A stretch of DNA of 64,000 bases from an uncultured candidatus Porisulfidus sp. (lineage in GTDB: Bacteria > Pseudomonadota > Gammaproteobacteria > Poriferisulfidales > Poriferisulfidaceae): the NCBI GenBank assembly GCA_965116025.1, contig OZ220480.1, positions 1,280,001 through 1,344,000 on the forward strand. The letters are read 5' to 3'. Every line of letters starts with the position of its first letter. Position 1 is the stretch's first letter. Of the stretch, positions 10,535 to 20,472 are shown piece after piece. The notes under the pieces are model-generated. The model made no database searches. It was not told the DNA's origin and saw only the letters and a list, made by a program, of their open reading frames with translations. The position numbers and the translations under genes are program-made.

Positions 10535-11472
10535 TTCACGCGGCGATCGCCGGGACCGGCTCTTGCCTTCCCGAGCGGGTGGTGACCAACCGGGAATTGG
10601 AGAAGACGGTCGACACCACGGACCAGTGGATTCGCGAGCGAACTGGCATCTTGCAGCGGCATATCGCGGGCGACGGCGAGACCACGGCCTCGATGGGCGC
10701 CCGGGCGGCCCGGGAGGCGCTGGCGGCGGCGGATTTAACGCCGGACGACATCGATATGATCGTGCTGGCGACGACCACCCCCGACCGAATCTTCCCGAGC
10801 ACGGCCTGCCATATTCAGCGAGATCTAGGGGCCCGGGACTGTCCGGCGTTCGACGTTCAGGCCGTATGCAGCGGCTTCATCTACGGATTGGACATCGCTC
10901 GGCGGTTCATCGTGACCGAAGGCGGCGGCGCGGCGCTGGTGATCGGCTCCGAAGTGCTTTCGCGCATCGTCGATTGGAGCGATCGCAGCACTTGCGTGCT
11001 GTTTGGCGATGGCGCGGGCGCCGTGGTCCTACAGGCGCGCGACGAGCCTGGCATCCTGTCGACTCACTTGCATGCGGACGGGCGCTACGATCACTTGCTG
11101 CAAGTTTCGCCGGAGGCCAACGGGGCCTTTATCGAGATGAAGGGCAACGAGGTCTTCCGAATGGCGGTGAACACCTTGGGGCGGATCGTGGACGAGACCC
11201 TTGAGGCTAACGAGATGGGTCGGCGCGAGGTGGACTGGCTGGTTCCGCATCAGGCCAATCACCGAATCATCGCGGCCACCGCGCGCAAGCTGGATCTGTC
11301 CATGGAACGGGTGGTCGTCACCGTCGACCAGCATGGCAACACCTCGGCCGCCTCGGTGCCCCTGGCGTTGAATCAAGCCGTGCGCGATGGCCGGATCCGG
11401 CCGGGCGACGTGCTTATGCTGGAAGCCTTCGGCGGCGGCTTCACCTGGGGCTCCGCGCTGATCCGATATTAG
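10531..11472 (+). CDS. fabH: beta-ketoacyl-ACP synthase III
   Basis: AVCSGF (catalytic Cys), LFGDGAGA, PHQAN, GNTSAAS, FGGGFTWG. Confidence 0.96.
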   Translation: MIHAAIAGTGSCLPERVVTNRELEKTVDTTDQWIRERTGILQRHIAGDGETTASMGARAAREALAAADLTPDDIDMIVLATTTPDRIFPSTACHIQRDLGARDCPAFDVQAVCSGFIYGLDIARRFIVTEGGGAALVIGSEVLSRIVDWSDRSTCVLFGDGAGAVVLQARDEPGILSTHLHADGRYDHLLQVSPEANGAFIEMKGNEVFRMAVNTLGRIVDETLEANEMGRREVDWLVPHQANHRIIAATARKLDLSMERVVVTVDQHGNTSAASVPLALNQAVRDGRIRPGDVLMLEAFGGGFTWGSALIRY

Positions 11473-11481
11473 GTCTTCCCG

Positions 11482-13320
11482 ATGGTCTCGCGCGCCGACC
11501 GGGCTTTCGACGCCGAGGGATTCGTGAAGACCCTCACCCACGCCCCGGGCGTGTACCGCATGCTGGATTCGTCTGGCGACATCCTGTACGTCGGCAAGGC
11601 GCGCGATCTGAAGAAGCGCGTGTCCAGCTACTTCCGAAAAAGCTCTCTAGGCCCGCGCGTTTGCCGGATGATCGCCCAGACCAAGCGAATGGAGGTGACG
11701 GTCACGTCCACCGAGGCGGAGGCCCTGCTGTTGGAGAACACCCTGATCAAGCGATACCATCCGCGCTACAACATTTTGCTACGTGACGACAAGAGCTACC
11801 CTTACATTTACGCCTCGTCCCATCAAACCTATCCGGGACTTTCGTTCTACCGCGGGCGCCGAAGACGCGCGGGCCGGACGTTCGGTCCCTACGCTAGCGT
11901 CGGGGCCGTGCGGGACACGTTGAATATCCTGCAGAAGCTGTTCCGGATCCGGCAGTGCCCGGACAGTTTCTTTCACAACCGCAGCCGTCCGTGCCTGCAG
12001 TATCAGATCAAGCGGTGCACCGCTCCGTGCGTGGGCTACATCACGCCAGAAGACTATCGCGAGGATGTCGATCTGACGTTGCGCTTTTTGGAAGGGCGGA
12101 ACGAGGAGGTGGTGCGCGACCTGACGGCGCGGATGGACCAAGCGGCGGAGCGTCAGGACTATGAGCGGGCGGCGGAGTGGCGGGATCGGATCCAGTCGCT
12201 CCAGGAGATATGCAGGCATTATCGGACCGGCGTGGCGGCCGGGCACTTCGACGTGGTCGCCGCCGTCCGCGAGAGCGGGCTGCACTGCGTGCAGGTATGC
12301 TCTTTCCGCGGAGGGGCCAGTCACGGAAATCGCAGCTATTTCCCGGTGGTGAACGACGTGGAGGTCGACGCTCCGGATTTGTTGCGAGGATTTCTGGGGC
12401 AGTACTATTTGGAGCGCGCGGCCCCGCCGGAGATCCTGCTGAACCATCCGGTCCCGGATCAGGACGCGCTGGAGGAGTGGCTGAGCGAAAAGTCTCCCGG
12501 CCGGGTCCGCTTGCGCGCGAGCGCGCGAGGGCGCCGCCGCGCTCAAGTGGAACTGATGGAGCTCAACGCCCGGCAGTCCATCGCCACTCGGGCTCAGTCC
12601 CGTGGCGGGATACGAGAGCGCCTGGACGCGCTGGCGGAAGTCTTGCTCCTGGACGCGATGCCGGCCCGGCTAGAATGCTTCGATGTCAGTCACACCCGTG
12701 GCGAGGCGACGGTGGCGTCGTGCGTGGTCTATACCACGGAAGGGCCGAGTCGCCAGGAGTTTCGACGTTTCAATATCTCCGGCATCACTCCGGGCGATGA
12801 CTACGCCGCGCTCCGGGAGGCGCTGACGCGCCGCTACGCGCGGGTTCGCGAGGGCGAGTATCCGGCTCCGGACGTGTTGCTCATTGATGGCGGCAAGGGA
12901 CAGTTGCGCGTCGCGCGCGAGACGCTGATGACTCTCGACGTGCACAAGGTCGTCGTGGCCAGCGTGGCCAAGGGGGAAGGACGCAAGCCCGGGACGGAGA
13001 CCGTCCACGCCGACACTTTGGAGGAGCCTTTGCGATTGCCTATGCGCTCCGTGGCGTTTCACCTGATCCAGCAGCTCCGCGACGAGGCGCACAGATTCGC
13101 CATCACGGGACATCGCCGCCGTCGCGCGAAGCGCCGGCTGGAATCTCCGCTGGAGGAGATTCCCGGCGTGGGGCCGCAACGTCGGCAAAACCTGTTACGC
13201 TACTTCGGGGGCTGGCAGGGCGTTCGCGACGCGCCTGCCGCCGATCTGGCCCGGGTGCCCGGCGTCGGGGCGGGCCTCGCGCGGGAAATTTACGACTATC
13301 TGCACGAAGAGAGCGCATGA
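11482..13320 (+). CDS. uvrC: excinuclease ABC subunit C
   Basis: PGVYRM..LYVGKA GIY-YIG domain, ECFDVSH, DDYAA, LIDGGKGQ, RDEAHRFAI, C-terminal HhH. Confidence 0.97.
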   Translation: MVSRADRAFDAEGFVKTLTHAPGVYRMLDSSGDILYVGKARDLKKRVSSYFRKSSLGPRVCRMIAQTKRMEVTVTSTEAEALLLENTLIKRYHPRYNILLRDDKSYPYIYASSHQTYPGLSFYRGRRRRAGRTFGPYASVGAVRDTLNILQKLFRIRQCPDSFFHNRSRPCLQYQIKRCTAPCVGYITPEDYREDVDLTLRFLEGRNEEVVRDLTARMDQAAERQDYERAAEWRDRIQSLQEICRHYRTGVAAGHFDVVAAVRESGLHCVQVCSFRGGASHGNRSYFPVVNDVEVDAPDLLRGFLGQYYLERAAPPEILLNHPVPDQDALEEWLSEKSPGRVRLRASARGRRRAQVELMELNARQSIATRAQSRGGIRERLDALAEVLLLDAMPARLECFDVSHTRGEATVASCVVYTTEGPSRQEFRRFNISGITPGDDYAALREALTRRYARVREGEYPAPDVLLIDGGKGQLRVARETLMTLDVHKVVVASVAKGEGRKPGTETVHADTLEEPLRLPMRSVAFHLIQQLRDEAHRFAITGHRRRRAKRRLESPLEEIPGVGPQRRQNLLRYFGGWQGVRDAPAADLARVPGVGAGLAREIYDYLHEESA

Positions 13321-13886
13321 TCGAACCAACCATTCCGAACGTCCTGACGGGGTTGCGAATCGCTTTGATTCCGGTATTCTCCGTGGCGTTCTTCATTCCC
13401 GGGTGGGGGCCCCAGGCTTCGGCCGTGTTGTTCGCGCTCGCCAGTCTGACGGACTGGGCGGATGGGTATCTGGCACGGAAACTCGGCCAGCATTCCGTGT
13501 TCGGCGCCTTCCTGGATCCGGTCGCGGACAAGCTGATCGTGTGCGTGGCCCTGGTGTTGCTGGTGTCGCGCGACGGCAGCTTATGGCTGGTCGCGCCAGC
13601 CTGCGTGATCATCGGGCGGGAGATCGCGATCTCCGCCTTGCGCGAATGGCTGTCCGGCACCCGGGCGCGGGCGCGGGTCTCGGTATCATGGCTTGGCAAG
13701 GTCAAAACCTTGCTGCAGCTGGCCTCGCTGGTCCTGCTTCTGTGGGCGGCGCCCGAATGGTCCGACCCGCTGTACCGGTATGGCCTGAGCTTGCTGGGGA
13801 TGGCGGCCGCGATGACGTTGGTGTCGATGGGGTACTACTTGCGGTTGGCGGCGCGGTCCGATTCGACTGGGGTCGCGCGAGACTGA
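13317..13886 (+). CDS. pgsA: CDP-diacylglycerol--glycerol-3-phosphate 3-phosphatidyltransferase
   Basis: IPNVLT..RI, TDWADGYLAR, GAFLDPVADKL, REIAISALRE, GKVKT. Confidence 0.95.
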   Translation: MIEPTIPNVLTGLRIALIPVFSVAFFIPGWGPQASAVLFALASLTDWADGYLARKLGQHSVFGAFLDPVADKLIVCVALVLLVSRDGSLWLVAPACVIIGREIAISALREWLSGTRARARVSVSWLGKVKTLLQLASLVLLLWAAPEWSDPLYRYGLSLLGMAAAMTLVSMGYYLRLAARSDSTGVARD

Positions 13887-14010
13887 GCTACTAGGGATTC
13901 CTGAAAGTTGGATGGCTTCAGGCACCTTGGGCTGATCCTTAGGGTTTTGTCTTGCCTGACTTCGATTGCTGCAGCTATTGGCTTTTTTTTTTCGCTGCAC
14001 ATTTCTGGCT

Positions 14011-14434
14011 GATGTCTAGCTTGGAATCGCTGGAGCGATTTTCTTGACGGGATGCGCGAGCATCATGGACGAGGAGACGCAGATCGTTAACGTGTGAGAC
14101 TCCGTTTTGCCCGGGTGCTCAATGCTTGCTCGAAAATTCGAACGGAAAATTCATCGTCAAAAATGCGCCGGAGACATTGACTATCCATAAATCCGCTGGC
14201 GATCTCATGGTGAAATGCACCAAAGACGAACACGTCCAGGTCGACGTGTTCGAGTCATCGGCTAACACGGCCATGTGGGGAAACCTCCTTTTTGGTGGAA
14301 TTATTGGGGCCGCGATTGATTGGCAGGATTCTGGCTTCGATTGTGAGAGCGTGATAGTGAATTCTTTGATGTGTGGAGACGAAGAAGCGGAAAAGGTCGC
14401 TGTGTTCGTAAAAGCCGAGAGTTCGAACCAGTGA
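14011..14434 (+). pseudogene. frameshifted small lipoprotein
   Basis: Lipobox FLTG-CASIMDEETQIVNV ends at TGA 14095-14097; the +1 frame continues ETPFCPGAQCLLENSNG..MWGNLLFGGIIGAAID (ORF 14126..14434). Start position uncertain. Confidence 0.6.
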
Positions 14435-14750
14435 AGCAGAAGCGACAAAGGGTGAAAGGCTGGATAGCTACGAACAATGTAGAGAAAAGATTAGCGGGAG
14501 GGTGCCGGACGAGTGGTGTGAAGGGTACAAATAGTCCTTACGGAAAGCCTCCATCCGGGAGGGTTTTCGCATGAATTTCCCGGCGCGATTGATCTGTATG
14601 CTGTCTGCAGGGGGAGGATCTCTTCACGATGAGGCTGAAAGAGGGAGTCTTCCGGTTCGAGGCCTTGTGCTACAATTCGCCCCCGCTTTGAAGGTGCCCG
14701 CGCGCGCCGTTTTCGCTCACCCCGCAACAGAGAGTTTTTTTCTCTAGATC

Positions 14751-15020
14751 ATGTCACTTACCGCGCAAGAAAAGTCCGAGATCATAGAAAAGCACCAGCG
14801 CGCGTCGAATGATGTCGGCTCGCCCGAGGTGCAGGTCGCGTTGCTGACCTCTCGGATCAACCAGATGATGGAGCACTTCGAGACCCATCCGAAGGACCGG
14901 CACTCGCGCCATGGCCTGATGAAGATGGTCCACGCGCGCCGGGGATTGCTCAAATACCTGCGGGGCCAGGACCATGAGCGCTACGCGGCTCTGATCCAGT
15001 CTTTGGGGCTTCGCCGCTGA
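14751..15020 (+). CDS. rpsO: 30S ribosomal protein S15
   Basis: [29 protein letters not shown]. Confidence 0.97.
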   Translation: MSLTAQEKSEIIEKHQRASNDVGSPEVQVALLTSRINQMMEHFETHPKDRHSRHGLMKMVHARRGLLKYLRGQDHERYAALIQSLGLRR

Positions 15021-15110
15021 TCTCTTCTCGCGAGCTCCCGATTTTGAACCACTACCCCCGCCGGTCCTGATTGGGATCGGCCTCTCACATTTCACAGGAT
15101 TTCCCATTTT

Positions 15111-17207
15111 ATGAACCCGATTACCCAGACTTTCCAGTACGGCGACCATGAGGTCACCCTAGAGACGGGCGAGATCGCCCGGCAGGCTTCCGGCGCGGTG
15201 CTGGTGCGCATGGCCGAGACCGCGGTGCTGGTCACCGCCGTCGGCCGCAAGGGCGCCGATTCCGGCAAGGATTTCTTTCCTCTGACCGTCAATTACCAGG
15301 AAAAAACCTATTCGGCGGGGCGCATCCCCGGCGGGTTCTTCAAGCGGGAGGGGCGGCCCAGCGAGAAGGAGATCCTGACCTCGCGCCTGATTGATCGGCC
15401 GATCCGGCCCATGTTCCCGAAGGGTTACAACCAGGAAGTCCAGATTATCGCCAATGTGCTGTGTCTGAACAAGGATCTGGACCCGGACATTCCGGCTCTG
15501 CTCGGCGCCTCGGCGGCGCTGGCGGTCTCGGGGATGCCGTTCCAGGGTCCGATCGCGGCGGCCCGGGTGGGCTACCGGGATGGCGAATACCTGCTCAACC
15601 CCACCGCTCAGGAATTGCAGCAAAGCCGGCTGGACCTAGTGGTGGCGGGAACCCGCGGCGCGGTGTTGATGGTCGAGTCCCAGGCGGACTTGCTACCGGA
15701 GCAGACGATGCTGGACGCCGTGCTGTTCGGCCATGAGCGCATGCAGGTGGCGATCGATGCCATCGAGAAGCTACGCGACGCCGCCAATCCCCCGGACTGG
15801 GGATGGGCGCCTCCTCCTCCGGACGAGGACCTGTCCGCCCGCATGGAGTCCCTATGCCGGGAAAGCCTGACCTCCGCCTACCAGATCGCCGAGAAGGTGG
15901 AGCGTCTCGACCGGGTCGCGGAAATCCGGGAGCATGCGATGGGAGAGCTGGTTTCCGAGGATGAGGGCCGTGACGAGGGCGCGGTCAAGGACGCTTTCAA
16001 GAGTCTGGAGAAATCGATCGTTCGCCAGCGCGTGCTGTCTGGAGAGTCGCGCATCGACGGGCGCGAGCGCGCGGCCGTGCGACCGATCTCGGCGCGCACC
16101 GGATTGTTTCCGCGCACCCACGGGAGCGCCCTGTTCACGCGCGGCGAGACCCAGGCGATGGTGATGACCACGCTGGGCACGACCCGTGATGCGCAGATCA
16201 TCGACGCTCTGGAAGGAGAGTACCGGGACCCGTTCCTGCTGCACTACAACTTCCCACCGTTCTCAGTGGGCGAGGTGAGCATGATGCTGGCGCCGAAGCG
16301 GCGCGAGATCGGGCACGGAAAGCTGGCGAAGCGCGGCATGATGGCCGTGATGCCGGACCCGGAGGAGTTTCCTTACGTCATCCGCGTGGTGTCGGAGGTC
16401 ACCGAGTCGAACGGGTCCAGCTCGATGGCCACGGTCTGCGGCAGCAGTTTGTCGCTGATGGACGCGGGAGTGCCGATCAAGTCCGCGGTGGCGGGCATCG
16501 CCATGGGCCTGATCAAGGAAGGCGACGAGTTCGCGGTGCTCAGCGACATCCTGGGCGACGAGGACCACTTGGGTGACATGGACTTCAAGGTGGCGGGCAC
16601 CCGCGAGGGCGTCACCGCGTTGCAGATGGATATCAAGATCGACGGCATCACCCGGGAGATCATGGAGCGGGCCCTGTCCCAGGCGAGGGACGGGCGGTTG
16701 CATATCCTCGGAGAGATGGACAAGGCGCTGGCCTCCCCGCGGGAGACGATGTCGGATTACGCGCCGCGCTTCCTGACCCTGCGCATCAACCCGGAGAAGA
16801 TCCGAGACGTGATCGGCAAGGGTGGGGCGACCATCCGCGCTCTCACCGAGGAGACCGGCACCACGATCGATATCGATGACGATGGTCTGGTGCGGATCGC
16901 CTCGACCGAGAACGCGGCGGCGGAGAAGGCGCGCGAGCGCATCGAGCTGCTGACCAGCGAGGTGGAGATCGGCAAGATCTATACGGGCAAGGTGGTCCGG
17001 ATCATGGATTTCGGCGCGTTCGTCGGCATCCTGCCCGGCAAGGACGGCTTGGTGCATATCTCGCAGATCTCGGAGCATCGCGTGAAGAGCGTCGACTCGG
17101 AGCTGTCCGAGGGGCAGGTGGTCAACGTCAGGGTGCTGGATGTCGACAAGCTCGGTCGGGTCAAGCTGACCATGAAAGAAGTCCGGCAACCGCGGCCTGG
17201 CGAATGA
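15111..17207 (+). CDS. pnp: polyribonucleotide nucleotidyltransferase
   Basis: [53 protein letters not shown] and S1 domains. Confidence 0.98.
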   Translation: MNPITQTFQYGDHEVTLETGEIARQASGAVLVRMAETAVLVTAVGRKGADSGKDFFPLTVNYQEKTYSAGRIPGGFFKREGRPSEKEILTSRLIDRPIRPMFPKGYNQEVQIIANVLCLNKDLDPDIPALLGASAALAVSGMPFQGPIAAARVGYRDGEYLLNPTAQELQQSRLDLVVAGTRGAVLMVESQADLLPEQTMLDAVLFGHERMQVAIDAIEKLRDAANPPDWGWAPPPPDEDLSARMESLCRESLTSAYQIAEKVERLDRVAEIREHAMGELVSEDEGRDEGAVKDAFKSLEKSIVRQRVLSGESRIDGRERAAVRPISARTGLFPRTHGSALFTRGETQAMVMTTLGTTRDAQIIDALEGEYRDPFLLHYNFPPFSVGEVSMMLAPKRREIGHGKLAKRGMMAVMPDPEEFPYVIRVVSEVTESNGSSSMATVCGSSLSLMDAGVPIKSAVAGIAMGLIKEGDEFAVLSDILGDEDHLGDMDFKVAGTREGVTALQMDIKIDGITREIMERALSQARDGRLHILGEMDKALASPRETMSDYAPRFLTLRINPEKIRDVIGKGGATIRALTEETGTTIDIDDDGLVRIASTENAAAEKARERIELLTSEVEIGKIYTGKVVRIMDFGAFVGILPGKDGLVHISQISEHRVKSVDSELSEGQVVNVRVLDVDKLGRVKLTMKEVRQPRPGE

Positions 17208-17297
17208 TCGCTGTGCTAACATTAAGCGGAAGGGCGAGGGCCGATTTTCCGGCGCGAGCCCACCGACAACAAGAACCTCACTGGAAGGAGAACCAAA

Positions 17298-17477
17298 ATG
17301 CAAGTTACCTGGGATGAGAGCGTGTGCATTCACGCGGGCAAGTGCGTGGCAGGCGCGCCGGAAGTTTTCAAGGTCGAGGACGGACAATTCAAGATTGACG
17401 TGACCGCGGCGCCGGAAGAGAAGGTGCGAGACGTGGTCGCGCAATGCCCGTCCGGAGCCCTGAAGATCGAAGAATAA
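17298..17477 (+). CDS. small divergent 4Fe-4S/3Fe-4S ferredoxin (59 aa, below ORF-track cutoff)
   Basis: MQVTWDESVCIHAGKCVAGAPEVF..AQCPSGALKIEE; strong AAGGAG RBS; CIHxGxC..CPSGAL signature. Confidence 0.85.
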   Translation: MQVTWDESVCIHAGKCVAGAPEVFKVEDGQFKIDVTAAPEEKVRDVVAQCPSGALKIEE

Positions 17478-17506
17478 CACCCGAGAATACCTGAAAGGAG
17501 GCAATT

Positions 17507-18160
17507 ATGATTGGCGACAAACTCGCGAATGCCATGAGCCTCTTCGGCCACCCGAGCTGCGTCAACACCGCGAAGTGTTTGCAGACGGCGGGCGAGAAGG
17601 GTGTCGATGTCGAGGCGCACGTGATCCAAGGGCCCGAGGACGTCACGTCCATGTCTCCGCTGGGGAGCGCCCCGGTGCTGAGGGACCTAGACAACGTCGT
17701 GTACGGGACGATCGCGATCATGTCCTATCTGGACGACAAGGGGTTCGGTCCCTCGCTGGTTCCTCGCAACGGAGTGTTGCGGGCGCAGATGTATCAATGG
17801 GCGCATATCGTGATCGATTATGTCCAGCCGGCCGCGGGTGATGGCGGTTCGGACCGAGATCAGTTGACCAAGCTGTACGATTTGCTGGAGCAACGGCTCC
17901 AGTCCCCGCCTAAGCAAGGCGGGTTCATCTGCGGGGAGTTTTCCTTGGCGGACATTCACTGGAGCGCCTGCACCAACATGCTGGTGAACTCGGGGGCGTC
18001 CGATCTGGTGGATTCGCGCGGCGCGGTCAAGAACTGGTGGGACGCGGTCAAGTCGCATCCCAGCACCAGCAAGGAGAAGTTGACTCCGTTCGACGTGCTG
18101 CCGACTAAGGCGGACATGGATTCCGGCACGTTGCGTAACGTCGCGATCAACGTCCTCTGA
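17507..18160 (+). CDS. glutathione S-transferase family protein
   Basis: SPLGSAPVL (cis-Pro loop), AIMSYLDD, FICGEFSLADI; AAGGAGG RBS. Confidence 0.8.
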   Translation: MIGDKLANAMSLFGHPSCVNTAKCLQTAGEKGVDVEAHVIQGPEDVTSMSPLGSAPVLRDLDNVVYGTIAIMSYLDDKGFGPSLVPRNGVLRAQMYQWAHIVIDYVQPAAGDGGSDRDQLTKLYDLLEQRLQSPPKQGGFICGEFSLADIHWSACTNMLVNSGASDLVDSRGAVKNWWDAVKSHPSTSKEKLTPFDVLPTKADMDSGTLRNVAINVL

Positions 18161-18220
18161 CAAGGCGGCACGGCTCCCCCGCGCCTGGGCCTGAAGAAGT
18201 CTGCGGAGACGGACAGGCCG

Positions 18221-19312
18221 ATGCTGTGGGGGTTGTTTGGCGGGAAGCGGGATCATCAGGCCCGAATCAATGATGATCCATCCCCGCTCACCGTGCGGGC
18301 GGGACAGGATCTTCTTTCCGCCGCGCTGGAAGCGGGTCTCGCGTGGCCTCACGATTGCCGGCAGGGAACCTGCAGCACCTGCCGGTGCCAGATTATTTCC
18401 GGCAAGATCAAGGCTCGGACCGATTTCGAGACCGTTCTAACTCCCGCTGAGTTGAAAGAAGGCTGGGTCCTCGCTTGTCAAAGCGAGTTGCGCCGCGATA
18501 TCGAGGTGCGAGTCGAGCTGAGTTCCCAGCAACCCCAAGCCGCCGTCGCCCATTATTCGGGAGCCATACTCAAGCTGACTTCGTTGACCCACGACATCGT
18601 GGACCTGACCGTGCGCGTGCCGGGCCTTCAGCGCGCTGGCGTGGCTGGACAATACGCGGAATTAGAGTATTCTGGCTTGAGCGTGCCGCGTTCCTATTCG
18701 TTCGCCAAGGCGCCGAGCAACGAGCGCGGCGACGAGCTCACGTTCTATATCCGAAAAGTCCCAGGCGGGGAATTCACTGAATGGCTGTTCGCCGAGGATC
18801 GAACTGGAGCGGAGTTAAAGATTTCGCTGCCGTACGGAGGATTTCGCTACCACCCGGACCCGGGCCCCATGATCTGCATCGCCGGAGGGTCTGGCATGAG
18901 CGCGATCAAGGCGGTACTGGAGCAGGCCGTAATCGAGCGGGCTCCGCGCGACGCGCTGTTCTTGTTTGGCGCGCGGACGCAGGAGGATCTGTACGGAAAG
19001 GACGCGATGGAGGCGATTCGAGACCAGTGGCATCCCGACCACTCATTCGAATACGTCGAGGTCCTGAATATGGAGCCAGAGGATAGTGGGTGGAGCGGTC
19101 CACGCGGGCTGGTGACCGATCACCTCAAGGAAGCCTATGTTGCGCCGAAGACATTCGATATGGCCGCCTGCCAAGGCTATCTGTGCGGCCCTCCACCAAT
19201 GATCGATGCCGCCGTCGAGGCGCTCAAGGCTGAAGGCATGAGCGGCGATCAGATCTTCTTCGACAAGTTCCTGGACGCTAGTTCCATGCCGGGAGGGCGT
19301 CCCGGGACATGA
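18221..19312 (+). CDS. 2Fe-2S/FAD/NAD(P)H oxidoreductase (oxygenase-reductase type)
   Basis: CRQGTCSTC..LACQ, RSYSFA, GGEFT, IAGGSG, YLCGPPPM. Confidence 0.9.
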   Translation: MLWGLFGGKRDHQARINDDPSPLTVRAGQDLLSAALEAGLAWPHDCRQGTCSTCRCQIISGKIKARTDFETVLTPAELKEGWVLACQSELRRDIEVRVELSSQQPQAAVAHYSGAILKLTSLTHDIVDLTVRVPGLQRAGVAGQYAELEYSGLSVPRSYSFAKAPSNERGDELTFYIRKVPGGEFTEWLFAEDRTGAELKISLPYGGFRYHPDPGPMICIAGGSGMSAIKAVLEQAVIERAPRDALFLFGARTQEDLYGKDAMEAIRDQWHPDHSFEYVEVLNMEPEDSGWSGPRGLVTDHLKEAYVAPKTFDMAACQGYLCGPPPMIDAAVEALKAEGMSGDQIFFDKFLDASSMPGGRPGT

Positions 19313-19353
19313 TGTAAAATGCCTCCCGGCTGACAGACCTGAAGGAGAATACG

Positions 19354-19578
19354 ATGCGGCTCAAGGAAATATTCGGCTTAGTTTGCATGGCTGCGTGGAT
19401 CGCCGCCGGGGTTTGGGCGATGAACTGGTTCGGCTTTCAAGACCACCTCCACGAACCGTTGTGGAGCCTAGGCGCGGCGATCGCGTTGTTAACCATCATC
19501 GTGATCGGGGTCGCGATATTCTTCGCCGTCGCGAAGGAAAGCCCATGGGTTTGGTTCGGCGAGTCGGATTCGAGCTGA
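19354..19578 (+). CDS. small two-TM membrane protein
   Basis: 74 aa, two hydrophobic helices, AAGGAG RBS. Confidence 0.7.
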   Translation: MRLKEIFGLVCMAAWIAAGVWAMNWFGFQDHLHEPLWSLGAAIALLTIIVIGVAIFFAVAKESPWVWFGESDSS

Positions 19579-19638
19579 TCCCGTTTCCCCGCGATTTTTT
19601 GGTAAGCCCGTCGCCTTGAGCGGCAGGTCGCCACGCTG

Positions 19639-20415
19639 ATGCCGGCAGAGGCTATTCCGGCGTTCCAAGACAATTATCTGTGGTTGTTGTCCAGCCACGG
19701 GAGAGGCGTGATCGTGGATCCGGGAGATGCCGGACCCGTCATGGACGCCTTGGGATCTCGGCAACTGGATCTGTCCGCCATCTTGATTACCCACCACCAT
19801 GCGGACCACATTGGAGGGGTCGCCGAACTTCGCTCAGCTTGGTCGAGCGCTACGGTATATGGGCCGGAGGATTCTAGGATCCCGGCCGATATTCGCGTTT
19901 CCGAAGGAGATGACGTAGACTTGAGGGCGATGGGCCTTGGCACGTTCAAGGTCCTCGACGTGCCAGGGCATACCCGTAGCCATATCGCCTACCACGGAGG
20001 AGGCGACCTCTACTGCGGCGACACGGTGTTCGTCTGCGGATGCGGGCGCCTGTTCGAGGGAACTCCGAAACAGATGCACTCTTCCCTATCCAAGCTTCGT
20101 TCTCTGCCGGACGAGACCCGGGTGTATTGCGCGCATGAATACACGCTGGACAACGTGGAATTCGCTCTTTGGGTGGAGCCGGATAACGAGGACCTGAGAT
20201 CCTACCGGGAAGAGGCAAAGAAGTTGCGCGAGAAAAACGAGCCGACCGTTCCCTCCACGCTTGGCTTGGAGAAACGGCGTAATCCGTTTTTACGCTTCGA
20301 CGCGCCCGCGGTGGTGGAGGCGGCGCGCCAGCGCGCGGGGCGGAAAGATTTGGCCGCTTGGGAAGTGTTCGGGGAAATCCGTCGTTGGAAGGATAGCGAA
20401 TTCGATAAAGTATAA
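19639..20415 (+). CDS. gloB: hydroxyacylglutathione hydrolase (glyoxalase II)
   Basis: DNYLW, VDPGDA, THHHADHIGG, PGHT, GCGRLFEG, CAHEYT, NPFLR. Confidence 0.93.
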   Translation: MPAEAIPAFQDNYLWLLSSHGRGVIVDPGDAGPVMDALGSRQLDLSAILITHHHADHIGGVAELRSAWSSATVYGPEDSRIPADIRVSEGDDVDLRAMGLGTFKVLDVPGHTRSHIAYHGGGDLYCGDTVFVCGCGRLFEGTPKQMHSSLSKLRSLPDETRVYCAHEYTLDNVEFALWVEPDNEDLRSYREEAKKLREKNEPTVPSTLGLEKRRNPFLRFDAPAVVEAARQRAGRKDLAAWEVFGEIRRWKDSEFDKV

Positions 20416-20472
20416 TACCGCCCGCTTGATGATTACCATCCGACAACTTCTTCTTGAATAGGTAGCAAAACA

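Noticed and set aside
16263-17721. Minus-strand ORFs of 413, 99 and 110 aa
   Set aside because: Antisense to pnp, the ferredoxin and GST
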